A stretch of DNA of 64,000 nucleotides from Microcoleus sp. (GTDB taxonomy: Bacteria; Cyanobacteriota; Cyanobacteriia; Cyanobacteriales; Microcoleaceae): contig CP181291.1 of the NCBI GenBank assembly GCA_052279835.1, positions 1,696,001 through 1,760,000 on the forward strand, written 5' to 3'. Shown here piece by piece: positions 23,916 to 32,302 of the stretch (position 1 is the first letter of the stretch; each line of letters begins with the position of its first letter). Under the pieces are notes generated by a model. It ran no database searches and was not told the origin of the DNA. It was given only the letters and a program-made list of their open reading frames with translations. A program made the position numbers and the translations under genes.

Positions 23916-24004
23916 TGATATTTACCAGTTTTATTGTCGAAAATGTTTTCATTTTAGTGCCACTTTCGTGGGTAAGGTTTGACGGCATCAAAGCTCATCG
24001 CAGT

Positions 24005-24649
24005 TTACATCCGAAGATCTGCAATTAAAGTAAAGCGATCCTTTGTGGGAACTTCAGCTATAGCCTGAGAGTTGCGATCGAAATGATAACGCTGCCAGCG
24101 TGTGTGAATTGAACCAATATGGTCAACCCAAACAGGTAATTCTATCTCACCATTACTACTTGGAATCAGCCAATGCCAATTACCATTGACTGATTTTAAC
24201 AAGGAGATATCATTAACTGCATCATCACTCAAACCTAAACTGACAATTCCTGTGCGGCTAATCCGATCGGGATACTGGATAGCTTCTAATAAGCGAGCTT
24301 CAAGCGTTGGTTTTGCTTGAGATTCCTGAGAACTATCTATCCAGCATATAAAATCAATGCCACATAAAGTCTCAATATAATCTGGAGCATTTCCTAACTT
24401 GGATTGCTTACTTGCAACACCGTATTTATAGCGGCTTAGTTTTCGCAAAGTAGTGGCAATTCTAGGTTTATAGGCATAAGCAAAGGCTAAACTAACCCCT
24501 GAATGCCTTGCCCGAAAATATTCACCTACAAGAGACAGCAACATTCCGTAAATGGTAGCTGGTGGTGGGAATGGGTAAGTTTCGGCCAGCGTTCGTGCAT
24601 AGGATTTACGAAAACTGGCATAAGGAACTTCAATGTGCAATACAATCAT
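24005..24649 (-). CDS. cas5: Type I-MYXAN Cas5 (DevS-like)
   Basis: VPYASFRK, ETYPFPPPATIYGMLLSLVG and SLGLSDD motifs. Confidence 0.92.
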   Translation of the reverse strand: MIVLHIEVPYASFRKSYARTLAETYPFPPPATIYGMLLSLVGEYFRARHSGVSLAFAYAYKPRIATTLRKLSRYKYGVASKQSKLGNAPDYIETLCGIDFICWIDSSQESQAKPTLEARLLEAIQYPDRISRTGIVSLGLSDDAVNDISLLKSVNGNWHWLIPSSNGEIELPVWVDHIGSIHTRWQRYHFDRNSQAIAEVPTKDRFTLIADLRM

Positions 24650-24679
24650 GTTGCCTCGCCTCCTGATTAGTTTTTTAGT

Positions 24680-25699
24680 TTAGGATGCAACAATTTTGTA
24701 CTCTTCCCCAATCCCAGCAATACGCTGGCGGACTGCGTTTGCAGCAGCAATAATTCCAGGAAAAATTGCCGTCACTCCTAACTCCTTGAGTTTTTCCCCT
24801 TCTTCAGTGTGATAAACATCTCCACCAATAATTAATTCATCAACAGGGATATCTCCAGATTCAACTCGTTTGATTAGTTTTTCAATTGTATAAGTACGAT
24901 TTTTCTGATCGTGTTCAAAACAATTTTGAATTTTAGATGAATGAGCATTTGTCAATCGCAAAATGATAGATTCAGGAGAAAAATCATAAGCAAAACGGGA
25001 ATGATTTCCTGCTACTTGAGGCGGATCGATAATGGCATCAATCAGCTTGTAGATATGAGCTTTTTTCACCACATCACCCAAATTTAAAGCAAAAGAATAC
25101 TGGTATTCAGTTGTGTGCATTTCAGCACCATAGAGAGAAAGCTGCTCTTTTTTCTCTTTTTTCTTCTCTTTTTTCTTCTCTTCACTCTGTTCACTTTGGG
25201 ACTTGCAGTTAAATGATAGTTCTCCCCGATAAGGACGAAGACTAACAGCACGACCAACTGCTAGAGGACTTTGACGCTTAGTAACTGTCCCCTTGGGCTT
25301 TTCCTTTTTCTTACCTTTGGGTGCGGGTGTATCTGCTTCCTCTTCTATCTCTACTTCGTCTTCCTTCTCTTTTTCTGCTGCTTGAGCATCCATGAAACCC
25401 ATTAGATCGTCATCAATAAAAACTTGATCAGCTTTTGGGTTCCAATCTGTACGCTTTTCATCAATAGAGTTTACTTTACCAGTGGAAGAGTTGTAACTAC
25501 GATTCACAGAACCCGGATCTTCCAATTGAAAGCGATATCGCAAAGCGAAGCGAATGGCTTCAGCAGAAACGCTAGTGTGTAAGTCATCTTGATGAAAGAC
25601 TTTTTGAAGAGTAGTTGTGTTACCGATGTTATCGCCTCGGTTATTGGCTGCAACTGCTTCACTTGTCAAAATTGTGCCGTAAAGGTAATGAGTAGTCAT
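24680..25699 (-). CDS. cas7: Cas7 (DevR/Cst2-like)
   Basis: ANNRGD, SVSAEAIRFALR, DDDLMGFM and VAGNHSRF motifs. Confidence 0.92.
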   Translation of the reverse strand: MTTHYLYGTILTSEAVAANNRGDNIGNTTTLQKVFHQDDLHTSVSAEAIRFALRYRFQLEDPGSVNRSYNSSTGKVNSIDEKRTDWNPKADQVFIDDDLMGFMDAQAAEKEKEDEVEIEEEADTPAPKGKKKEKPKGTVTKRQSPLAVGRAVSLRPYRGELSFNCKSQSEQSEEKKKEKKKEKKEQLSLYGAEMHTTEYQYSFALNLGDVVKKAHIYKLIDAIIDPPQVAGNHSRFAYDFSPESIILRLTNAHSSKIQNCFEHDQKNRTYTIEKLIKRVESGDIPVDELIIGGDVYHTEEGEKLKELGVTAIFPGIIAAANAVRQRIAGIGEEYKIVAS

Positions 25700-25729
25700 C
25701 AGTTATTCTCCTTGTGATTTAGGTTTGGA

Positions 25730-27232
25730 TTAATCTTGGGCTTTCGGTTTATCGCTTACATAGCTAATCAAGGCAAAAAGTAGCAAGTTTTGCAACTTTT
25801 CTGCATTGCGAGAATTAAAAATGAATTCTCGAATTTTTTCAAATTCTTCACGAGTTAAAGGTAGCCTGTTCTCTTTAGTTGCATTAGCGCAAAACTGTAG
25901 AAACCAGTTGGCAATACTATCAGATGTTTTGAGCCTTAATATCTCGTTGCGAATTTTTTCTCGTCGGACTTCAACTAGGCGATTGAAATCAAGATTGTTG
26001 TCTCTGGCGCGATCGCCGATTTGTCCCATCGTCATCTCCCAGGCTTTATGAAACGCCCGAATGATAATTTGATCGGTCTGATTTTTAATTTCTTTGACCA
26101 TTTTATTCATTCCATCCCTCTGAAATAATATATTTTTGAAGTCTTCTTTTTTAGCTACTAAATCCTTAAATTGAGCGCACCAATGCCGTTCACTGGCGAG
26201 ATTAGCAGCAATAAGTTCTGGTAATGGACTGCTGGGAATCACAAAGCTTTTGCCACTACTTGTAATTCGTTTACTACGACCGAGATACTGCTTTGCAGCA
26301 CGAAACACATTTATTTCTGGATATTTACCACCTACCTTAATAGTGATACTGCGATTAATCTGATTTTTATCCCAGGCAATTTTACCCATTGCGATCGCCT
26401 GACAACCTGCAATGCTCCTCGCACTCATATCAATGAGAAATGAAAGTGCAGCCTCTTCAGCACCGCCAACAACTCGCCCTAAATAGGTGTTACTAAATCG
26501 CTGGAAATTTTGGGTGCTACTGGTCAGACTTTGCATTGAATCTGCAAACTCCAATAAGTCTGTAACATCAGGAACAATGATACAATATTGAGCCTTTTCC
26601 TTATGGGTGCGAGGTCGTAGTAAAAATACTACAGAGCCTACCATAAGATACAATAGTAAAATCACCTCCTTTGCTGAAGATTGCAGTGCTTTTTTACCCG
26701 TCATTGCACCAGGAATAACTGATTGGGGAATTGTCGCAATTAAAGGAAATTTTCCTGCTTCACCCTTCTTCACAATATCTAATAATCCTGTTCCCTGTGC
26801 CTTTTGATGAGCATAGCTATTGATGGCTTTGTAAGTAATTGGTTGACTATTTTCTTCTCCTTCCACTCTCAGAGGAAATAGACGGGGATCTTTTTCTCCA
26901 GGGCGCATCTTATTGTGTTGAAGGAAAGTATGAGAAAGCCCATCATGTACTGCTAGTCGTAAATCTGCGCGATCTTCACCAATAAATTGCCCTGGTAATT
27001 CAATTAATTTATCCTCGGTCAATTTGAATGAAGCCGCTAGGATACGACTCAATGCCTCTTGCTCAGTGAGCGTTTCATCCCAAGTAATTTCCAGAAAATC
27101 CGATTCAAATTTCGCCTGAATACCTTCAGGAAAATTACCGTCCCATGCGTGAATAGTAGCAGCTAAACCACCTAGAGCAGCACGGTGATAGATCGTAAAA
27201 TTTGGATCTGTTAATTGGTAAGTCAGCGCCAT
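25730..27232 (-). CDS. cas8a1: Type I-MYXAN large subunit Cas8a1/Cmx8
   Basis: Position between cas3 and cas7; YHRAALGGL, TFLQHNK and NLLLFALISY motifs. Confidence 0.85.
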   Translation of the reverse strand: MALTYQLTDPNFTIYHRAALGGLAATIHAWDGNFPEGIQAKFESDFLEITWDETLTEQEALSRILAASFKLTEDKLIELPGQFIGEDRADLRLAVHDGLSHTFLQHNKMRPGEKDPRLFPLRVEGEENSQPITYKAINSYAHQKAQGTGLLDIVKKGEAGKFPLIATIPQSVIPGAMTGKKALQSSAKEVILLLYLMVGSVVFLLRPRTHKEKAQYCIIVPDVTDLLEFADSMQSLTSSTQNFQRFSNTYLGRVVGGAEEAALSFLIDMSARSIAGCQAIAMGKIAWDKNQINRSITIKVGGKYPEINVFRAAKQYLGRSKRITSSGKSFVIPSSPLPELIAANLASERHWCAQFKDLVAKKEDFKNILFQRDGMNKMVKEIKNQTDQIIIRAFHKAWEMTMGQIGDRARDNNLDFNRLVEVRREKIRNEILRLKTSDSIANWFLQFCANATKENRLPLTREEFEKIREFIFNSRNAEKLQNLLLFALISYVSDKPKAQD

Positions 27233-29676
27233 TTTGCCCCTGTTCCTTCGCGAGTATCTTCATTGTAATCATAGTGAATAAATTCTTGGGGTGCAATCCG
27301 ACTTCCTGCTACCAGTGGCCATTTTAAAGCCTCTGGTTTGATAGGAATTGCTACTTCATGTTTACGGAGCCAGTCTCTACTCGGTTTTCCATACTCAAAC
27401 TCATTGCACTTTTCATAATCCTGTTTCAAAATTATGTTTATGGTGTAACCTTCTCCACGAGTTGTGCCGGGTTGAGTTCGCCAAAGTCCCGATTTTTTAG
27501 GTACTCCAAAAAAGCAAGCTCTTTCTGCGGCTTTAGCGTAGTCATATTCAGTTATTTTACTAACTGTGGCAAATCCATCTGCCAAATCTTTTTGACTCAA
27601 GGCTTTACCTAAATATATCATTTGAGCTATCCAATTTTTTGCTGTTTCTAGTTCTTCTTCCTCATAGGGTTTAATATCTTTTTTGTCAAGAATTGGGCGG
27701 ATAAAACATGGCTTTGGTTCTGTCGGTTTACTAGGAGTAGCTCGGCGATTTAGCCGGCCCATGCGTTGAATTAATGCAGGTACGGGTGCAATATCAGTTA
27801 TGAGTAGATCCGCTGACAAGTCTAAGCTCATTTCTGCCACCTGTGTAGCCACCAAAATTGCTGCTTTTTCTTCTTGTTTAAAGTCGTCAATTACTTGTCG
27901 GTGTCGATAACTACGATCTTTGTAACGAAGCCGTGAATGATAGACATTAACTGAGATGTTACTAAACTCTTTCTTTGCTTGATTATACATCTCATTTGCC
28001 CAATCCACACGGTTGCAAACCCAAAGAACTTTGCCATTTTGAGCAACAGTATCTTTTACGGATTTCCAGATTTCTTGCTCTGTTGCTGGATACTGAATTT
28101 GATAGCGTTCCAAGGATTCTAAGTTTTCCGGCCCTGGAACAATCTTCAAGTCGGGACGAACGTTTTGAATGGCTTTCAGTCGTTCTTTTGGTAAAGAAGC
28201 AGTCATTAACAGCACTGGCAAGTTGGGAAAGTTCTTCAAGAAAACCAGCAGATGTCCAAATAAGCGATCGTCAAAAGCATGAACTTCATCAAAAATAATC
28301 GCTGATTGCATAATAGCAGGAATGCTATAAATTGGTTTACGGGCATTGGCCATTAAGCCAAGAATGGTATCAGTTGTGGTGACAGTTAGCTGGGTACTCC
28401 ATAGTGCTAATGCCTCAATTTTATCCCTCTCAGTTTCTATAAGATCAGACGCAATATGAGTAGCATTCCTAGTGTCATCATTAATGGCTTCTTCCTGATT
28501 TGCTGTTGCTGCTATCGTTTCTAAATCAACCGATGAACGGGAATGAGTTAGACTAATTTGAGTAGCTGGAATCCCCGACTCCAAAGCATAGTCTTTGAAA
28601 TGCTCTGTTGTTGTGCCTGTAGTAGGTAGACAGAAAAATAGCCTAAACGGTCGTTCCTCTTTCTCAAATCTTTTACACCAAAACAATGCCCAAAGATATG
28701 CAGCAAGGCTTTTTCCTGACCCACATCCTGCTTGTGCTAATGTTAGATGTGATTTTGAGCGAGCGACATTCTTTTGAAATTCTCTAAACCCAAAACCAAG
28801 TGGTAGCTTATTGGGCTGAGATGGCTTTGATTCTGAATCTATTTGATTCCAGGCCCAAGCACGAATTAAATGTCTTAAGCTATTCGGTAAGAGCGTTTTT
28901 GAGATATCGTCAATTACGAATTGTCTGAGTGAGTATTGACTAGCAGACTGATACTTTTTAGCAACGGCACTAGCAGCAACATCCGCCGCTATCCCAAAAG
29001 CTTTAATTAAAGCTAAAAAGCGTCTGGATTCTTCGCTGGCAAATTCTAACTCATACTTCCCAAAATCTTTTATAAGTCGCTTAAGTGCTAATCTAGATGA
29101 AAAATCACAATCTTCACTGTCTTCTATTTCAATAGTGATAGCTGCGTTAAACACAGGTGGATCGCTTAATTCAAGATCCCGTGCCATTTCACAGAGAATA
29201 GTGTTGAAATCTTCGTGATTAGTGTGAACAATTACCTTTGGAGTATCTTTGGGCAATGTACCTGCATGAAACTTACGGTGGTGTCCCATTGCTCCCCAAA
29301 TGGCTATTATAGTTTTAACTCCTTTTAGTGACTCGATCCATTCAGATAACTGCGGTTCTAACCAGAATAATAAACCGGATATAGTTTCATGTCTGAGCAT
29401 TTGAGTAATTTCAGGAAATCCTGAAACCATCTCTATAAAGTGACTGTTTGCTTTACCGATGTCTTGCATCCAGCCATTGGCAATTAAGGTTTTACTGAAT
29501 TCTTCTCGCATTGAGGGAGAAAGACCAGCATTATTGAGTGCTGTAGCTCCGATTACCTCCGCTAATGCTCTACAGGCGGCGGCAACATCGCGGCTATGTT
29601 GAGTAAGTAAAGCGTAATCTGGCGGGGTTAAATCTTTGTGACTGTAAGATTTGGCTAGTAAGCGCTTTGGTTTCAT
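27223..29676 (-). CDS. cas3: Cas3 nuclease-helicase
   Basis: N-terminal HD-type domain (LTQHS, QDIGK, GHH, ADVAAS); GCGSGKS, DEVH, TAS and QRMGRLNR helicase motifs; ATG 29676 overlaps the cas6 stop. Confidence 0.95.
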   Translation of the reverse strand: MKPKRLLAKSYSHKDLTPPDYALLTQHSRDVAAACRALAEVIGATALNNAGLSPSMREEFSKTLIANGWMQDIGKANSHFIEMVSGFPEITQMLRHETISGLLFWLEPQLSEWIESLKGVKTIIAIWGAMGHHRKFHAGTLPKDTPKVIVHTNHEDFNTILCEMARDLELSDPPVFNAAITIEIEDSEDCDFSSRLALKRLIKDFGKYELEFASEESRRFLALIKAFGIAADVAASAVAKKYQSASQYSLRQFVIDDISKTLLPNSLRHLIRAWAWNQIDSESKPSQPNKLPLGFGFREFQKNVARSKSHLTLAQAGCGSGKSLAAYLWALFWCKRFEKEERPFRLFFCLPTTGTTTEHFKDYALESGIPATQISLTHSRSSVDLETIAATANQEEAINDDTRNATHIASDLIETERDKIEALALWSTQLTVTTTDTILGLMANARKPIYSIPAIMQSAIIFDEVHAFDDRLFGHLLVFLKNFPNLPVLLMTASLPKERLKAIQNVRPDLKIVPGPENLESLERYQIQYPATEQEIWKSVKDTVAQNGKVLWVCNRVDWANEMYNQAKKEFSNISVNVYHSRLRYKDRSYRHRQVIDDFKQEEKAAILVATQVAEMSLDLSADLLITDIAPVPALIQRMGRLNRRATPSKPTEPKPCFIRPILDKKDIKPYEEEELETAKNWIAQMIYLGKALSQKDLADGFATVSKITEYDYAKAAERACFFGVPKKSGLWRTQPGTTRGEGYTINIILKQDYEKCNEFEYGKPSRDWLRKHEVAIPIKPEALKWPLVAGSRIAPQEFIHYDYNEDTREGTGAKWR

Positions 29677-30326
29677 GGTTCCCCTCCTATAGGGATAAAA
29701 ATTCCACAACCCATACGATGTTTTCCACCCAATCCTAAAGCCTGCAACTTAATAGAATCTTCATCACTGAGATCCGTTACTTCTAAACTAAAACCCACTA
29801 CTGAAAACGTTTTAACTTTAATGGCTTTCCGACTAAGTTCTCCCTCTTCATTCAGGGGAATTGTCAAATTACCTTGAATTTGTAAATCATCCAGTTGCCG
29901 TTTGGCTGCTACCAAAAAATTATCTGGTTCTTGGAATCCCTTAATAATCACAATGCGCGATCGCAATCTCGGTGCAGGTTGCAATACAAAAATTTGCGGA
30001 ATTCCGAGCCTAATTGAGTGCTTACCAATGGTTAATTGCTTGCCAGCTAAGGGATACACCAACGGCACTTTGTCCCCCGGTAGGCGGATTTTCAATTGAG
30101 AGCGATCGCTTAAATGAATCACCCCCTGCTTATCAGGAATTCCCTGAATGGTTTGAATACTCACGCCTGCTAAATTGTGAAGTTCCTTTTGACAGTGTGC
30201 GATCGCAGAATACAAACCATACCCATGATCCGCCGGTAAAGTTTGACCGATGACGCTAAAACACAACTCTACATAAGGCAAACTATTATCTTGTTGTTGC
30301 TCGCGATCGCATTCAGTGACTACCAT
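29673..30326 (-). CDS. cas6: Type I-MYXAN Cas6 (Cmx6)
   Basis: LPADHGYGLYSAI and Gly-rich GLGGKHRMGCGIF loop; AGGAG RBS. Confidence 0.93.
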   Translation of the reverse strand: MVVTECDREQQQDNSLPYVELCFSVIGQTLPADHGYGLYSAIAHCQKELHNLAGVSIQTIQGIPDKQGVIHLSDRSQLKIRLPGDKVPLVYPLAGKQLTIGKHSIRLGIPQIFVLQPAPRLRSRIVIIKGFQEPDNFLVAAKRQLDDLQIQGNLTIPLNEEGELSRKAIKVKTFSVVGFSLEVTDLSDEDSIKLQALGLGGKHRMGCGIFIPIGGEP

Positions 30327-30471
30327 AACTAGATGACTCCTGAAAAACTCTTAAAAAATTTAGTCAAGGTGTTATTGAGCATGAATATCCAATGGCGATC
30401 GGGTATTCATGCCCCGTTTGATGCGTACACACCATTCCCAGGCTCTTAAGCTTGGGTTGTATTTTTACCCG

Positions 30472-30726
30472 CTAGGCGTTAATAACTCGCCAAGAGTTAC
30501 GGCCTTTGTGCAAAATTACCCAATTATTTAATTCCAAAAAACGCCCTACTGTGCATTTTTTAAGTTCCGACTGGGAGATTCCGAATTTTTCGGAAACCAG
30601 ATCGGTTGTTAAAGGGCTGTCTTCGGTTGTTGAAGGGCTGTCTGCGGTTAGCGCTGCGATCGCGGATAATAGCGGAAGCTCACGGAAATCAGGAGTTTTC
30701 CCATGACTGCGTGGGACAGTGTTCAT
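30472..30726 (-). CDS. Hypothetical 84-aa protein, possible HTH-like segment; first gene under the RNA-targeted promoter
   Basis: AAGGAG RBS 8 nt before ATG; downstream of a near-consensus promoter; no family recognised. Confidence 0.6.
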   Translation of the reverse strand: MNTVPRSHGKTPDFRELPLLSAIAALTADSPSTTEDSPLTTDLVSEKFGISQSELKKCTVGRFLELNNWVILHKGRNSWRVINA

Positions 30727-30835
30727 TTTCCTGACTCCTTTTCAATTTCGATTTTTTTTGGCATGATGCTGTTAGTTATATATTGTTGGCTCTCCGGTCT
30801 GATGGCCAGAGAGTTTTTTTTACTCTTTTTGGCGG

Positions 30836-30858
30836 TTTGCCTAAAGGGCTAATTACAT
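30836..30858 (-). promoter_or_regulatory. Predicted Cascade binding site (ATG PAM + partial protospacer) for the mini-array spacer
   Basis: ATG-TAATTAGCCCTTTAGGCAAA versus spacer TAATTCGCTCTCTAGGCTAA: 16/20 match, mismatches at 6, 9, 12, 18. Confidence 0.8.
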
Positions 30859-30860
30859 TT

Positions 30861-30890
30861 AATATATTTCAATGGAATGATGGCTGTCAA
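30861..30890 (-). promoter_or_regulatory. Sigma70-type promoter TTGACA-N18-TATATT
   Basis: -35 at 30890-30885 is perfect consensus; -10 at 30866-30861. Confidence 0.7.
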
Positions 30891-30905
30891 CAGAAGAGCC
30901 AAAAA

Positions 30906-31019
30906 AAACTAAACGCCTAACGGCAATCAGAGGTGGTTGAAAGTTAAGGCTGTATTTTAGCCTAGAGAGCGAATTAGTGCTCAACGCCCGCAGGTGGGGC
31001 ATCTTAGGTATCAAGTCAG
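30906..31019 (-). ncRNA. Degenerate mini-CRISPR (crRNA-like regulatory RNA, CreA/CreR-type)
   Basis: Pseudo-repeat 1 (31019-30977) ends ATGCCC-CACCTGC-GGGCGTTGAGCAC; about 33-nt spacer (30976-30944); pseudo-repeat 2 ACCTCTGATTGCCGTTAGGCGTTTAG followed by a T-tract. Confidence 0.8.
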
Positions 31020-31058
31020 TCAGCTTACCACAGTCGTACACGATTTTGCTACTCCCCT

Positions 31059-32030
31059 TTAACTTTTGTAATACTGGCTCATCCCTTCCACCTCGTCGCG
31101 CACCAACTGCACCAACTCCGGCGGACTTTTCACCCTTGCCCCTTTCCCATACCCCAACACCCACCGCTTGATCTCATTAAGTCCCCCCACTGTCATCCTC
31201 AATGTCACCGCCCCATCGGGATGTTGTTCAATTTCCTGGGTTGAATGCCATCGCCTCTCCCAGATATAGGGTGCTGTGGGCCGATCGAACCAAATGACTA
31301 CCTCCACCGGTTTACCATCTCCTACCTCAGCTTGAAAAATCCGATCCAGATGTTCTTGAGCATTAAATGTGCGATCGCGCATAAACTTAGTTTTAAGAAT
31401 TTCTAAGCTTTGAATGCGATCGACTCGAAACCACCTAATAGCTTGGCGTTGTTGACAAAATCCAATTACATAAGGGTTGGTTCCTCGGTAAATATGCAGC
31501 AAATAAGGGTCTAGCACTCGTTCAGATGTAGCATTCCGACTTGCTGTGAAATAACACATCCGAACTTGGTGAGATGTCCTACAAGCTTCTAATAATTGAT
31601 TCCAGATTTCCGGGTTAAGATAGTTTTCTACCCCATTTCTAAAAACGATCCGTTCATCGGCAATTCTTTGGAGATCGATCCAAGTTTGTTCTGGCAATCT
31701 TTCACTCAATCGCTCGATGGCAGATCGCAATTCTTTGGTATAAGTTGAACCTGAGTAAGCTTGCAACATTCTCGCTCCCAATGTCAGAGCAAATAATTCG
31801 CCTTGACTTAGAGAAATACTCGGCAAGCGCCAATCTGGATCGGTATAGTGAATCCCTTTTTGCCGATTGAAATTCAACGGGGCGCTGAACCGATCCCGCA
31901 AAAATGCCAAGTCATTACGGACTGTCCTTTCACTAACTTCTAAGGCTTCAGCAATTGTTACTGCTGTTTGCCGCGGGGCTGTCCGCAATAGCTGGTCAAT
32001 TTGCAACAATCTTTCTAAAACACGAGACAT
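31059..32030 (-). CDS. WYL-domain transcriptional regulator (wHTH-WYL-WCX)
   Basis: N-terminal HTH (IAEALEVSERTVRNDL), RWFRVDRI WYL motif and WVLGYG WCX motif. Confidence 0.93.
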   Translation of the reverse strand: MSRVLERLLQIDQLLRTAPRQTAVTIAEALEVSERTVRNDLAFLRDRFSAPLNFNRQKGIHYTDPDWRLPSISLSQGELFALTLGARMLQAYSGSTYTKELRSAIERLSERLPEQTWIDLQRIADERIVFRNGVENYLNPEIWNQLLEACRTSHQVRMCYFTASRNATSERVLDPYLLHIYRGTNPYVIGFCQQRQAIRWFRVDRIQSLEILKTKFMRDRTFNAQEHLDRIFQAEVGDGKPVEVVIWFDRPTAPYIWERRWHSTQEIEQHPDGAVTLRMTVGGLNEIKRWVLGYGKGARVKSPPELVQLVRDEVEGMSQYYKS

Positions 32031-32057
32031 AAACCTAATTTTCGGTGGGTTATCCTG

Positions 32058-32092
32058 ATATTAAATAGTCAAGTCGGCAAAAAACTTTCCGC
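32058..32092 (-). promoter_or_regulatory. Putative WYL-gene promoter: 18-bp motif, 11 nt, -10 TAATAT
   Basis: GCGGAAAGTTTTTTGCCG (32092-32075), same geometry as upstream of cas4/cas1. Confidence 0.6.
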
Positions 32093-32302
32093 CTTCACAA
32101 AAAACTTAGAGCATATTCCATGTATATCTGGTACTGACAATCTGGCGACACCAGTAAGGTGCGTCGCCCTCCCTCAATCAGCAAGTTCTATCCTGGGAGC
32201 TGGGGACGATGAACCTTACCAATTAGCTAAATTAAGACTGTACTTGATGAGCCTGGAATATGCTGTATAAAATCTTACCTTAATTTTAGCTCACTGAAAA
32301 CA

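Noticed and set aside
30441..30483. Weak similarity (TGTATTTT) to the mini-array spacer
   Set aside because: Matches the PAM-distal half only, with no seed or PAM
30727..30855. CreT-like tRNA-sequestering RNA toxin in the targeted transcript
   Set aside because: No SD + start + tandem rare codons + stop mini-ORF was found
30859..31171. ORFs 30859-31164 and 30977-31171
   Set aside because: They overlap the WYL 3' end and the mini-array, lack an RBS, and are better explained by the RNA element
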